Below are positions 8,854 to 15,781 of a stretch of 20,000 bases of DNA, piece by piece. The first letter of the stretch is position 1. Every line of letters begins with the position of its first letter. The notes under the pieces are model-generated. The model was not told the DNA's origin. It worked only from the letters and a program-made list of their open reading frames with translations, and made no database searches. Origin of the DNA: an uncultured virus (IMG/VR IMGVR_UViG_3300031578_009156) (lineage: Duplodnaviria; Heunggongvirae; Uroviricota; Caudoviricetes); the IMG/VR virus record IMGVR_UViG_3300031578_009156, one strand, 5' to 3'. The position numbers were made by a program, and so were the translations under genes.

Positions 8854-8881
8854 TTGACAAATCGCCAGACTATGGTATACT
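8854..8881 (+). promoter_or_regulatory. Sigma70 promoter upstream of the TnpB-CRISPR locus
   Basis: TTGACA-N16-TATACT with extended -10 TG. Confidence 0.75.
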
Positions 8882-8886
8882 ATACA

Positions 8887-9032
8887 TTGTCACACGCATA
8901 GAGGCGGGCGTTTTGCTTTAGTAGCCGTCTCACAACTTCAAAGGTAAGTTGGGCAAAGCGCCCTCATTATGGTGGACTCGCGTCCCGCTGTGCGTGTGAC
9001 AACGACGGCATACCATGATGGGGGCGCTTTGC
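8887..9032 (+). promoter_or_regulatory. Structured 5' leader with alternative helices (c4/CI-antisense-like switch)
   Basis: Helix A 8887-8901/8988-9002; crossing 21-bp helix B 8953-8973/9012-9032 covers the initiation region. Confidence 0.6.
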
Positions 9033-9033
9033 T

Positions 9034-10233
9034 ATGAAGGTTCTCAGAGCCTACAAGACAGAGCTTGATCCAACGAACAAGCAGTGCACATGGTTCATGC
9101 GATGTGCGGGCGCTGCCAGGTTCGTGTATAACTGGGCGCTGGCCGACCGCAAGGAGCGATGGGAACAGGGCCAGCAAAACACGAACTTGTATGAGCAAAA
9201 ACGGCGATTCAATGCCCTGAAACGCGAGCAGTGGCCGTGGCTTTATGATGTGCCTTACACCCTGCAAGATGCTGCCTTTGTCAACTTAGATACTGCTTAC
9301 CAGAACTTCTTTCGACGTGTGAAGCAAGGCCAGGAAAAAGTCGGCTTCCCCAAGTTCAAATCCCGTAAGCGCGGTATTGGCTCTTTCATTCTGCGCGGAA
9401 GCATCCACGTAGAGGAAGGTCGAATCAAGTTACCACGTATCGGATGGGTGAGGCTGAAGGAACATGAGTATCTACCCTCCGAGCAACAGGTTAAACTCTT
9501 GTCCGTGACTATCTCGGAGCGAGCAGGCAGGTGGTACGCTTCTGTACAGGTGGAAGAAGATGGGCCAGAACCAGAAACAGGCACGGATATTATCGGTGTG
9601 GACCTGGGCATATCCCACCTGGCAGTATGCTCAGATGGTACAGTATTTGAGAATCCAAAAGCACTTATACAGGCAGAACGTAAACTCGCACGGCTACAGC
9701 GTGAACTAGACCGCAGAACGCAAGGCGGCCAGAACTGGCATAAGACGAAAGCCAAGATCGCGCAGTGTCACGCCAGGATTGCCAATGTCAGGCAGCATGC
9801 GCTTCACCAGGTCAGTCATTACATCACGGCGAAAGTCAAGCCTGAGACAGTAGTGATTGAGGATTTGAACGTGAATGGTATGCTCCAGAATCATCACCTG
9901 GCAAGGGCAATTTCGGATGTGAGTTTTGGCGAACTGAGGAGACAGATCGAGTACAAGGCCAAGTGGCACGGCGTCAAGGTTGTGATAGCCGATAGATTCT
10001 GGCCGTCAAGCAAGGCTTGCTCGCGGTGTGGATGTGTCAAAAGCAACTTGACCTTGGCCGACAGAACCTATACCTGTGATGACTGCGGGTTGGTTATAGA
10101 TCGTGACTTGAACGCGGCGTTAAATCTTGCCGCGCTAGGGAAGGCGAAAACATCGCCGGATTGCCTGGGGAGTTGCGGTGCAGGAAGGCCGCACTGTGAA
10201 CCAGGAACCGAGCAGCCGCTTATCGCGGCATAG
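9034..10233 (+). CDS. tnpB: TnpB / Cas12f-like RNA-guided nuclease, CRISPR-adjacent
   Basis: RAYKTELDP HTH, RuvC-I GVDLG, RuvC-II VIEDL, CSRC/CDDC Zn finger, RuvC-III DRDLNAA; all catalytic residues present; no tnpA. Confidence 0.92.
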   Translation: MKVLRAYKTELDPTNKQCTWFMRCAGAARFVYNWALADRKERWEQGQQNTNLYEQKRRFNALKREQWPWLYDVPYTLQDAAFVNLDTAYQNFFRRVKQGQEKVGFPKFKSRKRGIGSFILRGSIHVEEGRIKLPRIGWVRLKEHEYLPSEQQVKLLSVTISERAGRWYASVQVEEDGPEPETGTDIIGVDLGISHLAVCSDGTVFENPKALIQAERKLARLQRELDRRTQGGQNWHKTKAKIAQCHARIANVRQHALHQVSHYITAKVKPETVVIEDLNVNGMLQNHHLARAISDVSFGELRRQIEYKAKWHGVKVVIADRFWPSSKACSRCGCVKSNLTLADRTYTCDDCGLVIDRDLNAALNLAALGKAKTSPDCLGSCGAGRPHCEPGTEQPLIAA

Positions 10234-10245
10234 GTCTCGGATGGC
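10160..10245 (+). ncRNA. Putative omegaRNA/reRNA scaffold overlapping the tnpB 3' end
   Basis: CCTGG..CCAGG, TGCGG..CCGCA and CCGAG..CTCGG helices; GCCTG..GAACCAGGAA pattern resembles TnpB right ends. Confidence 0.5.
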
Positions 10246-10261
10246 ACATTATAATTCTAGT

Positions 10262-10464
10262 GTGCACCCCACGGGCGTGTGGGGGGTTGGTTAGAGGTAC
10301 GGTCACACAATTGCGGTACGATGGTGCACCCCACGGGCGTGTGGGGGGTTGGGTTGACCTGATCCCGACCGACGCGGACAAGTGCGTGCACCCCACGGGC
10401 GTGTGGGGGGTTGGTCGCCCGCGCAGGCTTCCCCAGTGCACCCCACAGGCGCGTGGGTGTTTGG
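10262..10464 (+). CRISPR. CRISPR mini-array, four 29-nt repeats, spacers 33/33/21 nt
   Basis: GTGCACCCCACGGGCGTGTGGGGGGTTGG at 10262, 10324 and 10386; degenerate copy (4 mismatches) at 10436; internal CCCCAC/GTGGGG hairpin; TATAAT at 10250-10255 upstream and terminator downstream. Confidence 0.92.
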
Positions 10465-10495
10465 ACCTGGCCCCCGTGCTTACTTCACTGAGAAG

Positions 10496-10528
10496 CAGGC
10501 TCCGCTATTGCGGGGCCTGTTTTGTTTT
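10496..10528 (+). terminator. Intrinsic terminator after the array
   Basis: CAGGCTCCGC-TATT-GCGGGGCCTG-TTTTGTTTT. Confidence 0.85.
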
Positions 10529-10550
10529 CCCCTATTCCCCTACCCCCTAC

Positions 10551-10651
10551 CCCCAACCTTAACATTTTTGAAAATCCCTGTCAACCTCTTGACAACTGGT
10601 AAGTTATGTGCTATAATGATGCCATACTCAGGACAGGGAGACAGGACAATG
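10551..10651 (+). promoter_or_regulatory. Repeated promoter/operator/RBS cassette, copy 1
   Basis: CCCCAACCTTAACATTT; TTGACA 10589 -N17- TATAAT 10612; ACAACT-N4-AGTTAT; GGACAGGGAGACAGGACAATG. Confidence 0.85.
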
Positions 10652-10987
10652 AACCGCAACGCGAAGGCACTCCAAACGAAGTCGAAGAAGAACCAGGTAC
10701 AGCCCATCGGGCGGGGGGAGTTTATGGTCACCTCCGCAGCCTCTGGCAGCCGATACCTGGTCACTGACCTGGCGGGTGGCGGGCTTCAGTGTACTTGCGA
10801 GTGGAGCAAGTACCACAGGACAGACCTCAAGCCCTGCTCCCACTGTCTGGCGGTAGAAGAATGGTTGGAGCAGGCGGGGAGCCGCAGCCTGAGTTTCTGG
10901 GCTTCTGAGGATAACGCCAAGCGGCAGCATCGGCCGGCGCGGTTGGTGGGGCTGGGACTGTGGGCGACCAGCAGGGTGGCGGCATAA
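10649..10987 (+). CDS. SWIM zinc-finger protein
   Basis: F-V-S...Y-V...CTC-X12-CSH SWIM signature; start at the cassette ATG. Confidence 0.8.
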   Translation: MNRNAKALQTKSKKNQVQPIGRGEFMVTSAASGSRYLVTDLAGGGLQCTCEWSKYHRTDLKPCSHCLAVEEWLEQAGSRSLSFWASEDNAKRQHRPARLVGLGLWATSRVAA

Positions 10988-11556
10988 TGAGAAACGGCTT
11001 TCTGTCCCTCGAAGCAGAAAAGGCCCAGCAGGAAGGGGCAGCGCGGGCCAGCGACTGGCGGCCCACGGTCGCCCGCACTTCTGACAAGGCAATCGTCATC
11101 CGCTCACGCAAGAGCGGCGGCAGGAGCGGGTTCGTGGCCTGGATGGCCGCCAACCTCCCTACCTTCACCCACAACCCCCGCCAGGATCGGTGGGAGGGGC
11201 CGCTCGATGACCTGGGGACGGCGGTCGAGGCGCTGAGGTACTGCAACCTCTCGGACGGTGCGCGGGAGTGGTTGGCCGGGCACAAGGACCTCTTGACCCT
11301 GGCGCTGGAGCAGGCGGCGCGGTGGCAGATCGGGCAGCCGCAGGTTTGGCTGGTTCCCGACGTGGCCTACCTAGAGCAGGAAAACCACGGGATCAGGACC
11401 CTGGTCTTGCACCTGGCCGACCACGACACCCCCCTGGAGATCGCCCACCCCGACTATTGCACGGGGGTTTGGATCCCAGCAAAGGGGCTGAGACAGGCTT
11501 ACAGGGAATGGGTAGCAGGGGTTCCGCCAGTCGAGGCGGGACGGGTTAGATTTTAA
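10987..11556 (+). CDS. Hypothetical phage protein
   Basis: TAATG coupling with the upstream gene; 189 aa. Confidence 0.6.
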   Translation: MRNGFLSLEAEKAQQEGAARASDWRPTVARTSDKAIVIRSRKSGGRSGFVAWMAANLPTFTHNPRQDRWEGPLDDLGTAVEALRYCNLSDGAREWLAGHKDLLTLALEQAARWQIGQPQVWLVPDVAYLEQENHGIRTLVLHLADHDTPLEIAHPDYCTGVWIPAKGLRQAYREWVAGVPPVEAGRVRF

Positions 11557-11577
11557 CGAAAAGAGAGGACAGGGACA

Positions 11578-12810
11578 ATGAAGCAAAGCACGAATGGCGT
11601 CAAGATCGTAGCGGACAGGGACTGGCTCTGGGTATACTTTGACGCGAAACCCGCCGAGGACATCAGGGCGACCCTCAAGGACTGGGGCGCGCGCTGGAGC
11701 AGCAAGCGCGGCGGCTGGTACTTCACTGAGAACAACCCTGACCTGCAGGAAACCGTCGAGGAGTACGTGAGCGGGTGCGTGACGCAACCTGCCCTCCTGC
11801 CCCTCGATTCCCCTTCCCCTGAGCCTGATCCCGAGCCTGTCGGCCCAGTCCCCAGCCCCGAGATCGCCAAGAAACTGCGGGCGCTGGCCGACAAGATGGT
11901 TTCCCAGATCGAGGCCAAGCGCAACCCCGCCACGGCCAACCAGAACTACACCAGGCGGCGGGCGGGGATCGTTGCCAGTATGCAGGCAGAGGCCGATTCG
12001 CTGGAGCAGCGACAGTATGCGCTCTACGCCCTGGCAGAGATGCATGAGGGTGGCAATGTTCTGCCCCTCCTGGCAAAGATCGGGGACAGGGCTACCGTGG
12101 ACACTCTCTTGCTCAGGAACGAGTGGCCCGTGTCGCAGTGGACGGATGACGAGCGGAAGCGCCTCACGCGGGCGGGCATTACGGCTGGCACCATTGCAGA
12201 CGCACACGCGGCACTGGTAGCGATGGCGAATCCCCCAGACCGCTCGGCTGAGCGCCAGCGTCGGGAGTTGGAGCGGAAAGCGCGCTCCCTGGTCGGGCAG
12301 ATTCCAGGCTTCTTCCCTACTCCCACCCCCATTGCTGAGGAGATGGTCAGGCAGGCTGGCATCAGCACGGGCATGCGGGTGCTCGAACCCTCGGCGGGAT
12401 CGGGCAGCATTGCGGATGTGATCCGCGAGCAGTGCCCAGGGGCGGACCTGAGCGTGATCGAGTACAATCTGACGCTGCAGGACCTTCTGAAGGTCAAAGG
12501 CCACAACCTGGTAGGAGATGACTTCTTTTCGGTGGACGGCCAGCAGTGGGACAGGATCGTGCAAAACCCACCGTTCGAGAACCTACAGGACGTTGACCAC
12601 GTGCGCTGGGCGTTCGACCACCTGGCGGACGGCGGACGGCTCGTCTCGGTGATGGGCGAGTCGCCATTCTTTCGGAGTGACGCAAAGGCGGCAGAGTTTC
12701 GGGCCTGGCTGGACGATCAGGTGTACGACGTCGTGGACCTGGAAGCGGGCGCGTTCGCCGCCAGCGGCACGGGCGTCAAGGCAAGGATCGTGGTCATAGA
12801 TAAGGCGTAG
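11578..12810 (+). CDS. N6-adenine DNA methyltransferase-like protein with N-terminal extension
   Basis: FFPTP, motif I VLEPSAGSG, motif IV VQNPPF, GGRLVSVM, AFAASGTGV. Confidence 0.85.
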   Translation: MKQSTNGVKIVADRDWLWVYFDAKPAEDIRATLKDWGARWSSKRGGWYFTENNPDLQETVEEYVSGCVTQPALLPLDSPSPEPDPEPVGPVPSPEIAKKLRALADKMVSQIEAKRNPATANQNYTRRRAGIVASMQAEADSLEQRQYALYALAEMHEGGNVLPLLAKIGDRATVDTLLLRNEWPVSQWTDDERKRLTRAGITAGTIADAHAALVAMANPPDRSAERQRRELERKARSLVGQIPGFFPTPTPIAEEMVRQAGISTGMRVLEPSAGSGSIADVIREQCPGADLSVIEYNLTLQDLLKVKGHNLVGDDFFSVDGQQWDRIVQNPPFENLQDVDHVRWAFDHLADGGRLVSVMGESPFFRSDAKAAEFRAWLDDQVYDVVDLEAGAFAASGTGVKARIVVIDKA

Positions 12811-12816
12811 AGCGAG

Positions 12817-12847
12817 AGGCCCCCACCCGATGGGGGCCTTTTCGTTT
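12817..12847 (+). terminator. Intrinsic terminator
   Basis: AGGCCCCCA-CCCGA-TGGGGGCCT-TTTCGTTT. Confidence 0.85.
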
Positions 12848-12853
12848 CCCTTC

Positions 12854-12956
12854 CCCCAACCTTAACATTTCTGAAACTGACCACCAAACACTTGACAACT
12901 GACAAGTTGTGTGCTATACTATAGGCATACTCAGGACAGGAGACAGAGACAAAATG
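12854..12956 (+). promoter_or_regulatory. Repeated promoter/operator/RBS cassette, copy 2
   Basis: TTGACA 12892 -N17- TATACT 12915; ACAACT-GACA-AGTTGT; GGACAGGAGACAGAGACAAAATG. Confidence 0.85.
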
Positions 12957-13250
12957 GGAAAGTCAGTAGCAGAGACAATCTTAGAGCAAATGGGCGGGTA
13001 CAACAAACTGCGAGCAATGGTTGGCGCGCACAGTTTTGTAGGTGGCTCTGACTGCTTGCGGTTCGGTTACGCGGGCAAGGTTAAGAGGTGCATCATCATC
13101 CTCACACCAGATGACTTATACACCATGCGACTGTGGGAAATCCGCAAGGGCGGCCTGGACTGCAAGTTGGTGTACGAGCAGGAGCGGCTTTTTGCCGATA
13201 GCCTCCGCGAGGTGTTCGAGGCGCAGACAGGGCTGGTCCTGTCACTGTAG
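12954..13250 (+). CDS. Conserved phage hypothetical protein
   Basis: VAETILEQMGG..AMVGA..DDLYTM..VFEAQTGL pattern recalled from small phage proteins; starts at the cassette ATG. Confidence 0.7.
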   Translation: MGKSVAETILEQMGGYNKLRAMVGAHSFVGGSDCLRFGYAGKVKRCIIILTPDDLYTMRLWEIRKGGLDCKLVYEQERLFADSLREVFEAQTGLVLSL

Positions 13251-13272
13251 CCACGATCAGGGAGATTTGACA

Positions 13273-13482
13273 ATGGAAAACGCAATCAAGCGAAACTGGC
13301 ACGAAATAGACGGGTGGGCGGCAGGCAGCGCCCACGTCCCAGTGGCGGAGGTGCAGGCACTCGACCCCGCCCTCTGGGCAGAGATTCAGACAAGGGGACA
13401 TTCCCCATTCTACAGCGAGCAGTACCACGTCACCGTGCAACTGGCATACGGTGATCAGGGCGTGGTGACCTTTTCTTGCTGA
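13273..13482 (+). CDS. Small hypothetical protein
   Basis: GGGAG RBS, 69 aa, fills the operon gap. Confidence 0.55.
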   Translation: MENAIKRNWHEIDGWAAGSAHVPVAEVQALDPALWAEIQTRGHSPFYSEQYHVTVQLAYGDQGVVTFSC

Positions 13483-13502
13483 AACTCAGGGAGGATTACA
13501 CG

Positions 13503-13718
13503 ATGGGGAAGCAGTTGTCAATGTTCACCCAGGGGGAGGACCTCCCCCTCTTCAGCGGGACGGCTCAGCGGGCAACGGTCGAGACCTTCCAGCCGACCAC
13601 TGAGGCGGTACAGGAGACCTGGGCCACTTGCAGGGCCTGCAAGGACACGGGCAGGATCGGGCGCCGCTTCTGTAACTGCGAGGCGGGACAGCGGGCGCGG
13701 CGGGAGCAGTATCTATAG
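13503..13718 (+). CDS. Small Zn-finger protein with clamp-binding-like motif
   Basis: GGGAGG RBS; QLSMF, DLPLF; CRAC..CNC. Confidence 0.65.
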   Translation: MGKQLSMFTQGEDLPLFSGTAQRATVETFQPTTEAVQETWATCRACKDTGRIGRRFCNCEAGQRARREQYL

Positions 13719-13733
13719 GTGAGGGGGGGGGTG

Positions 13734-14066
13734 ATGGGCGGTACTTGGGAATGGCGCAAAGGACCCTACACACGGGCGCTGGTGCGGAAACTGGCCCGCG
13801 AGCGGCGATACTTTGTCGCTGGCAACGCGCGAGGCTCTAGGTGGGACGAGTGGGCCGAGGTCCCCGTGTGGGGCTTCAGGGCTGAGGACGGGCAGATCCT
13901 CTTGTGCCGCTTCGTGCTGGACAGCAAGCACCCGAACGGCTATTGTCAACTCCCTCCAGCGGGCGGTAGCATCTTCCCTGGCAATGGCGTGGTGGCGAAC
14001 CAACTCGGCCTCGATCTGGACTGGTCCGCCAATAGTAAACCCGCCTTCGGCAGTGGTTCACAGTGA
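13734..14066 (+). CDS. Hypothetical protein
   Basis: 110-aa ORF after a G-rich RBS, ending before a terminator. Confidence 0.5.
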   Translation: MGGTWEWRKGPYTRALVRKLARERRYFVAGNARGSRWDEWAEVPVWGFRAEDGQILLCRFVLDSKHPNGYCQLPPAGGSIFPGNGVVANQLGLDLDWSANSKPAFGSGSQ

Positions 14067-14087
14067 AGTGCTGTAGATCGAGATGAT

Positions 14088-14116
14088 AGGCCCCCTCCCT
14101 GGGGGTCTTTTCTTTT
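14088..14116 (+). terminator. Intrinsic terminator
   Basis: AGGCCCCC-TCCCT-GGGGGTCT-TTTCTTTT. Confidence 0.85.
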
Positions 14117-14121
14117 CCTTT

Positions 14122-14225
14122 CCCCAACCTTAACATTTTTGAAACTGACCACCAAACCCTTGACAACTAGTCAGTTGTATGCTATACTATTATCATCTTA
14201 GAGGACAGGAGACAGAGACAAAATG
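14122..14225 (+). promoter_or_regulatory. Repeated promoter/operator/RBS cassette, copy 3
   Basis: TTGACA 14160 -N17- TATACT 14183; ACAACT-AGTC-AGTTGT; GGACAGGAGACAGAGACAAAATG. Confidence 0.85.
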
Positions 14226-14390
14226 GAAAAGTGCCCCGATTGCAAAAAGTACTGGGAGACCAACTGGAAGAACGAGGAGTACTGCCCGAACTGCGGTCAG
14301 ACGAAGGCGCAGGCGATTGCACGGGCACAACGGGCGGGCAGCTCGCTCAAGGCGGGCAGGGCGGCAATCTCAGGGAGGAAAGGGCAATGA
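14223..14390 (+). CDS. 55-aa zinc-ribbon protein (not in ORF track)
   Basis: Manual translation MEKCPDCKKYWETNWKNEEYCPNCGQTKAQ...GQ*; starts at the cassette ATG, ATGA overlap with the parB-like gene. Confidence 0.75.
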   Translation: MEKCPDCKKYWETNWKNEEYCPNCGQTKAQAIARAQRAGSSLKAGRAAISGRKGQ

Positions 14391-15361
14391 CGGGCATTGA
14401 ACAGGTCCCAGTAGCGCAGATCGTACCAGGCGACAACGACCGCCAGACGTTCGACCAGGTGGCACTGCAAGAACTGGCCGACAGCATCGGGGAGCACGGC
14501 CTGGCCCAGCCCATCACCGTGCGGCCCATCTGGCTCTGCACGACCTGCGGCCACAGGGACGCTGACGCCCCTCTGACTTGCGAGCGGTGCAGCGGGGACA
14601 GCCTGGAGCAGCGCTTCGAGATCGTGGCGGGCGAGCGGCGCTTTCGGGCGGCGCTCCTGCTGGGCTGGCAGACCATCCCCGCAATCGTGCGGGAGGGGAT
14701 GAGTGACGAGGCGGCCAGCGCGGTGATGCTGGCGGAGAACACGAGTCGGGTTGACCTTAACCCCATTGACGAGGCCCGCGCTTACCAGGCCCGCATTGAC
14801 AAGTTTGCCTGGACGGTGGCGAAGGTCGCGGGGACGGCGGGCGTCAGCCCAGAACTGATCAGGCGGCGATTGACCCTCTTGCACCTGGTGCCCGAGATCC
14901 AGCACCTGGTCGCCAACGGCCACTTCCCCCTCGGTCACGCTGAAACGGCCTCCTGCCTGGACACGAACCGCCAACGGATCGCGGTCCGCATCTACAACGA
15001 GAGCAAGAACGGGTTGCCCGTAGCAGCGTTCCGTGGTATTGTGAATCAGCTTTTAGAGGAGCAAAGCCAAGAGGGACTTTTCGACCTGGAGCACTTCTGG
15101 GTGGAGCAGGTACAGACGGATGCCGACCTGCCCCGGCGGGGTAGGCGGGCGGTCACTGGCGCACCCATCCGCCACGACCTGCCAGCGGTTGACTATCCTG
15201 GCAAGGTTGGGGCGGCAGGATATATCGAGTTGTGCATTGAGGCATTCATGAGCAGCGGACTGGAAGCAGAGGCATCCGCACTGGGCACGGTCTACGACAG
15301 GATGGTACACCTTAACCTGGTGGCCGTGCCGATGGAATCACTATTGAGGGGGATGGCATGA
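14387..15361 (+). CDS. ParB/Spo0J-family partition protein with inserted Zn ribbon
   Basis: LQELADSI..GLAQPITVR, EIVAGERRFRA, LAENTSRVDLNPIDEA, HTH; GGGAGG RBS before ATG 14387. Confidence 0.88.
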   Translation: MTGIEQVPVAQIVPGDNDRQTFDQVALQELADSIGEHGLAQPITVRPIWLCTTCGHRDADAPLTCERCSGDSLEQRFEIVAGERRFRAALLLGWQTIPAIVREGMSDEAASAVMLAENTSRVDLNPIDEARAYQARIDKFAWTVAKVAGTAGVSPELIRRRLTLLHLVPEIQHLVANGHFPLGHAETASCLDTNRQRIAVRIYNESKNGLPVAAFRGIVNQLLEEQSQEGLFDLEHFWVEQVQTDADLPRRGRRAVTGAPIRHDLPAVDYPGKVGAAGYIELCIEAFMSSGLEAEASALGTVYDRMVHLNLVAVPMESLLRGMA

Positions 15362-15756
15362 TCTACACGATCGGTTACTCTGGGCGCAAGCTGAAGGATA
15401 TTAAGCGGTTCGCAGAAGGGCTGGACGCGGTAATCTTCGACATCCGCTACAGCCCCCGCTCGAGAAACCCCGAGTTCTCTGGCAAGCGGCTGGCGGAAGT
15501 CTTGGGCGACCGCTACCGCCACGTCCGCGACTTCGGTAACCGCAATTACAAGGGCGGCCCCATCGAACTGGTGGACTTTGAGGCTGGCTTGCACCTGATC
15601 GAGCAAGAGCAACGGGCGGTGATCCTGATGTGTGTCTGCGGGGATCCCGCGATTTGCCACCGCACCGTCATAGCGGCCCGCCTGCGGGAACTCGGCTACG
15701 AAGTCGAGGAGGTTGACGAACTGAAACCCCCACAGGCCCAGTTGCCGCTGTTCTAA
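15358..15756 (+). CDS. DUF488-family protein
   Basis: IYTIGYSGR, DIRYSPRSR, LMC...CHR. Confidence 0.85.
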   Translation: MIYTIGYSGRKLKDIKRFAEGLDAVIFDIRYSPRSRNPEFSGKRLAEVLGDRYRHVRDFGNRNYKGGPIELVDFEAGLHLIEQEQRAVILMCVCGDPAICHRTVIAARLRELGYEVEEVDELKPPQAQLPLF

Positions 15757-15781
15757 CCTTTTCTCAGCAGGAGATTGAGAA

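Noticed and set aside
8854..10260. Precise IS ends around the second tnpB
   Set aside because: I could not define a left end or reconstruct a sensible empty site, so it is not called as an IS
10540..10560. CCCCAACC as an anti-repeat for the CRISPR repeat 3' end
   Set aside because: Only ~6-8 nt complementary, and it is part of the repeated promoter cassette
10220..10648. ORFs across the array and the N-terminal extension of 10382-10987
   Set aside because: They translate CRISPR repeats, terminator and promoter; the true start is ATG 10649
11371..12564. Long minus-strand ORFs (also 1048-1935, 14297-14974, 18094-18876)
   Set aside because: Antisense shadows of well-supported GC-rich + strand genes
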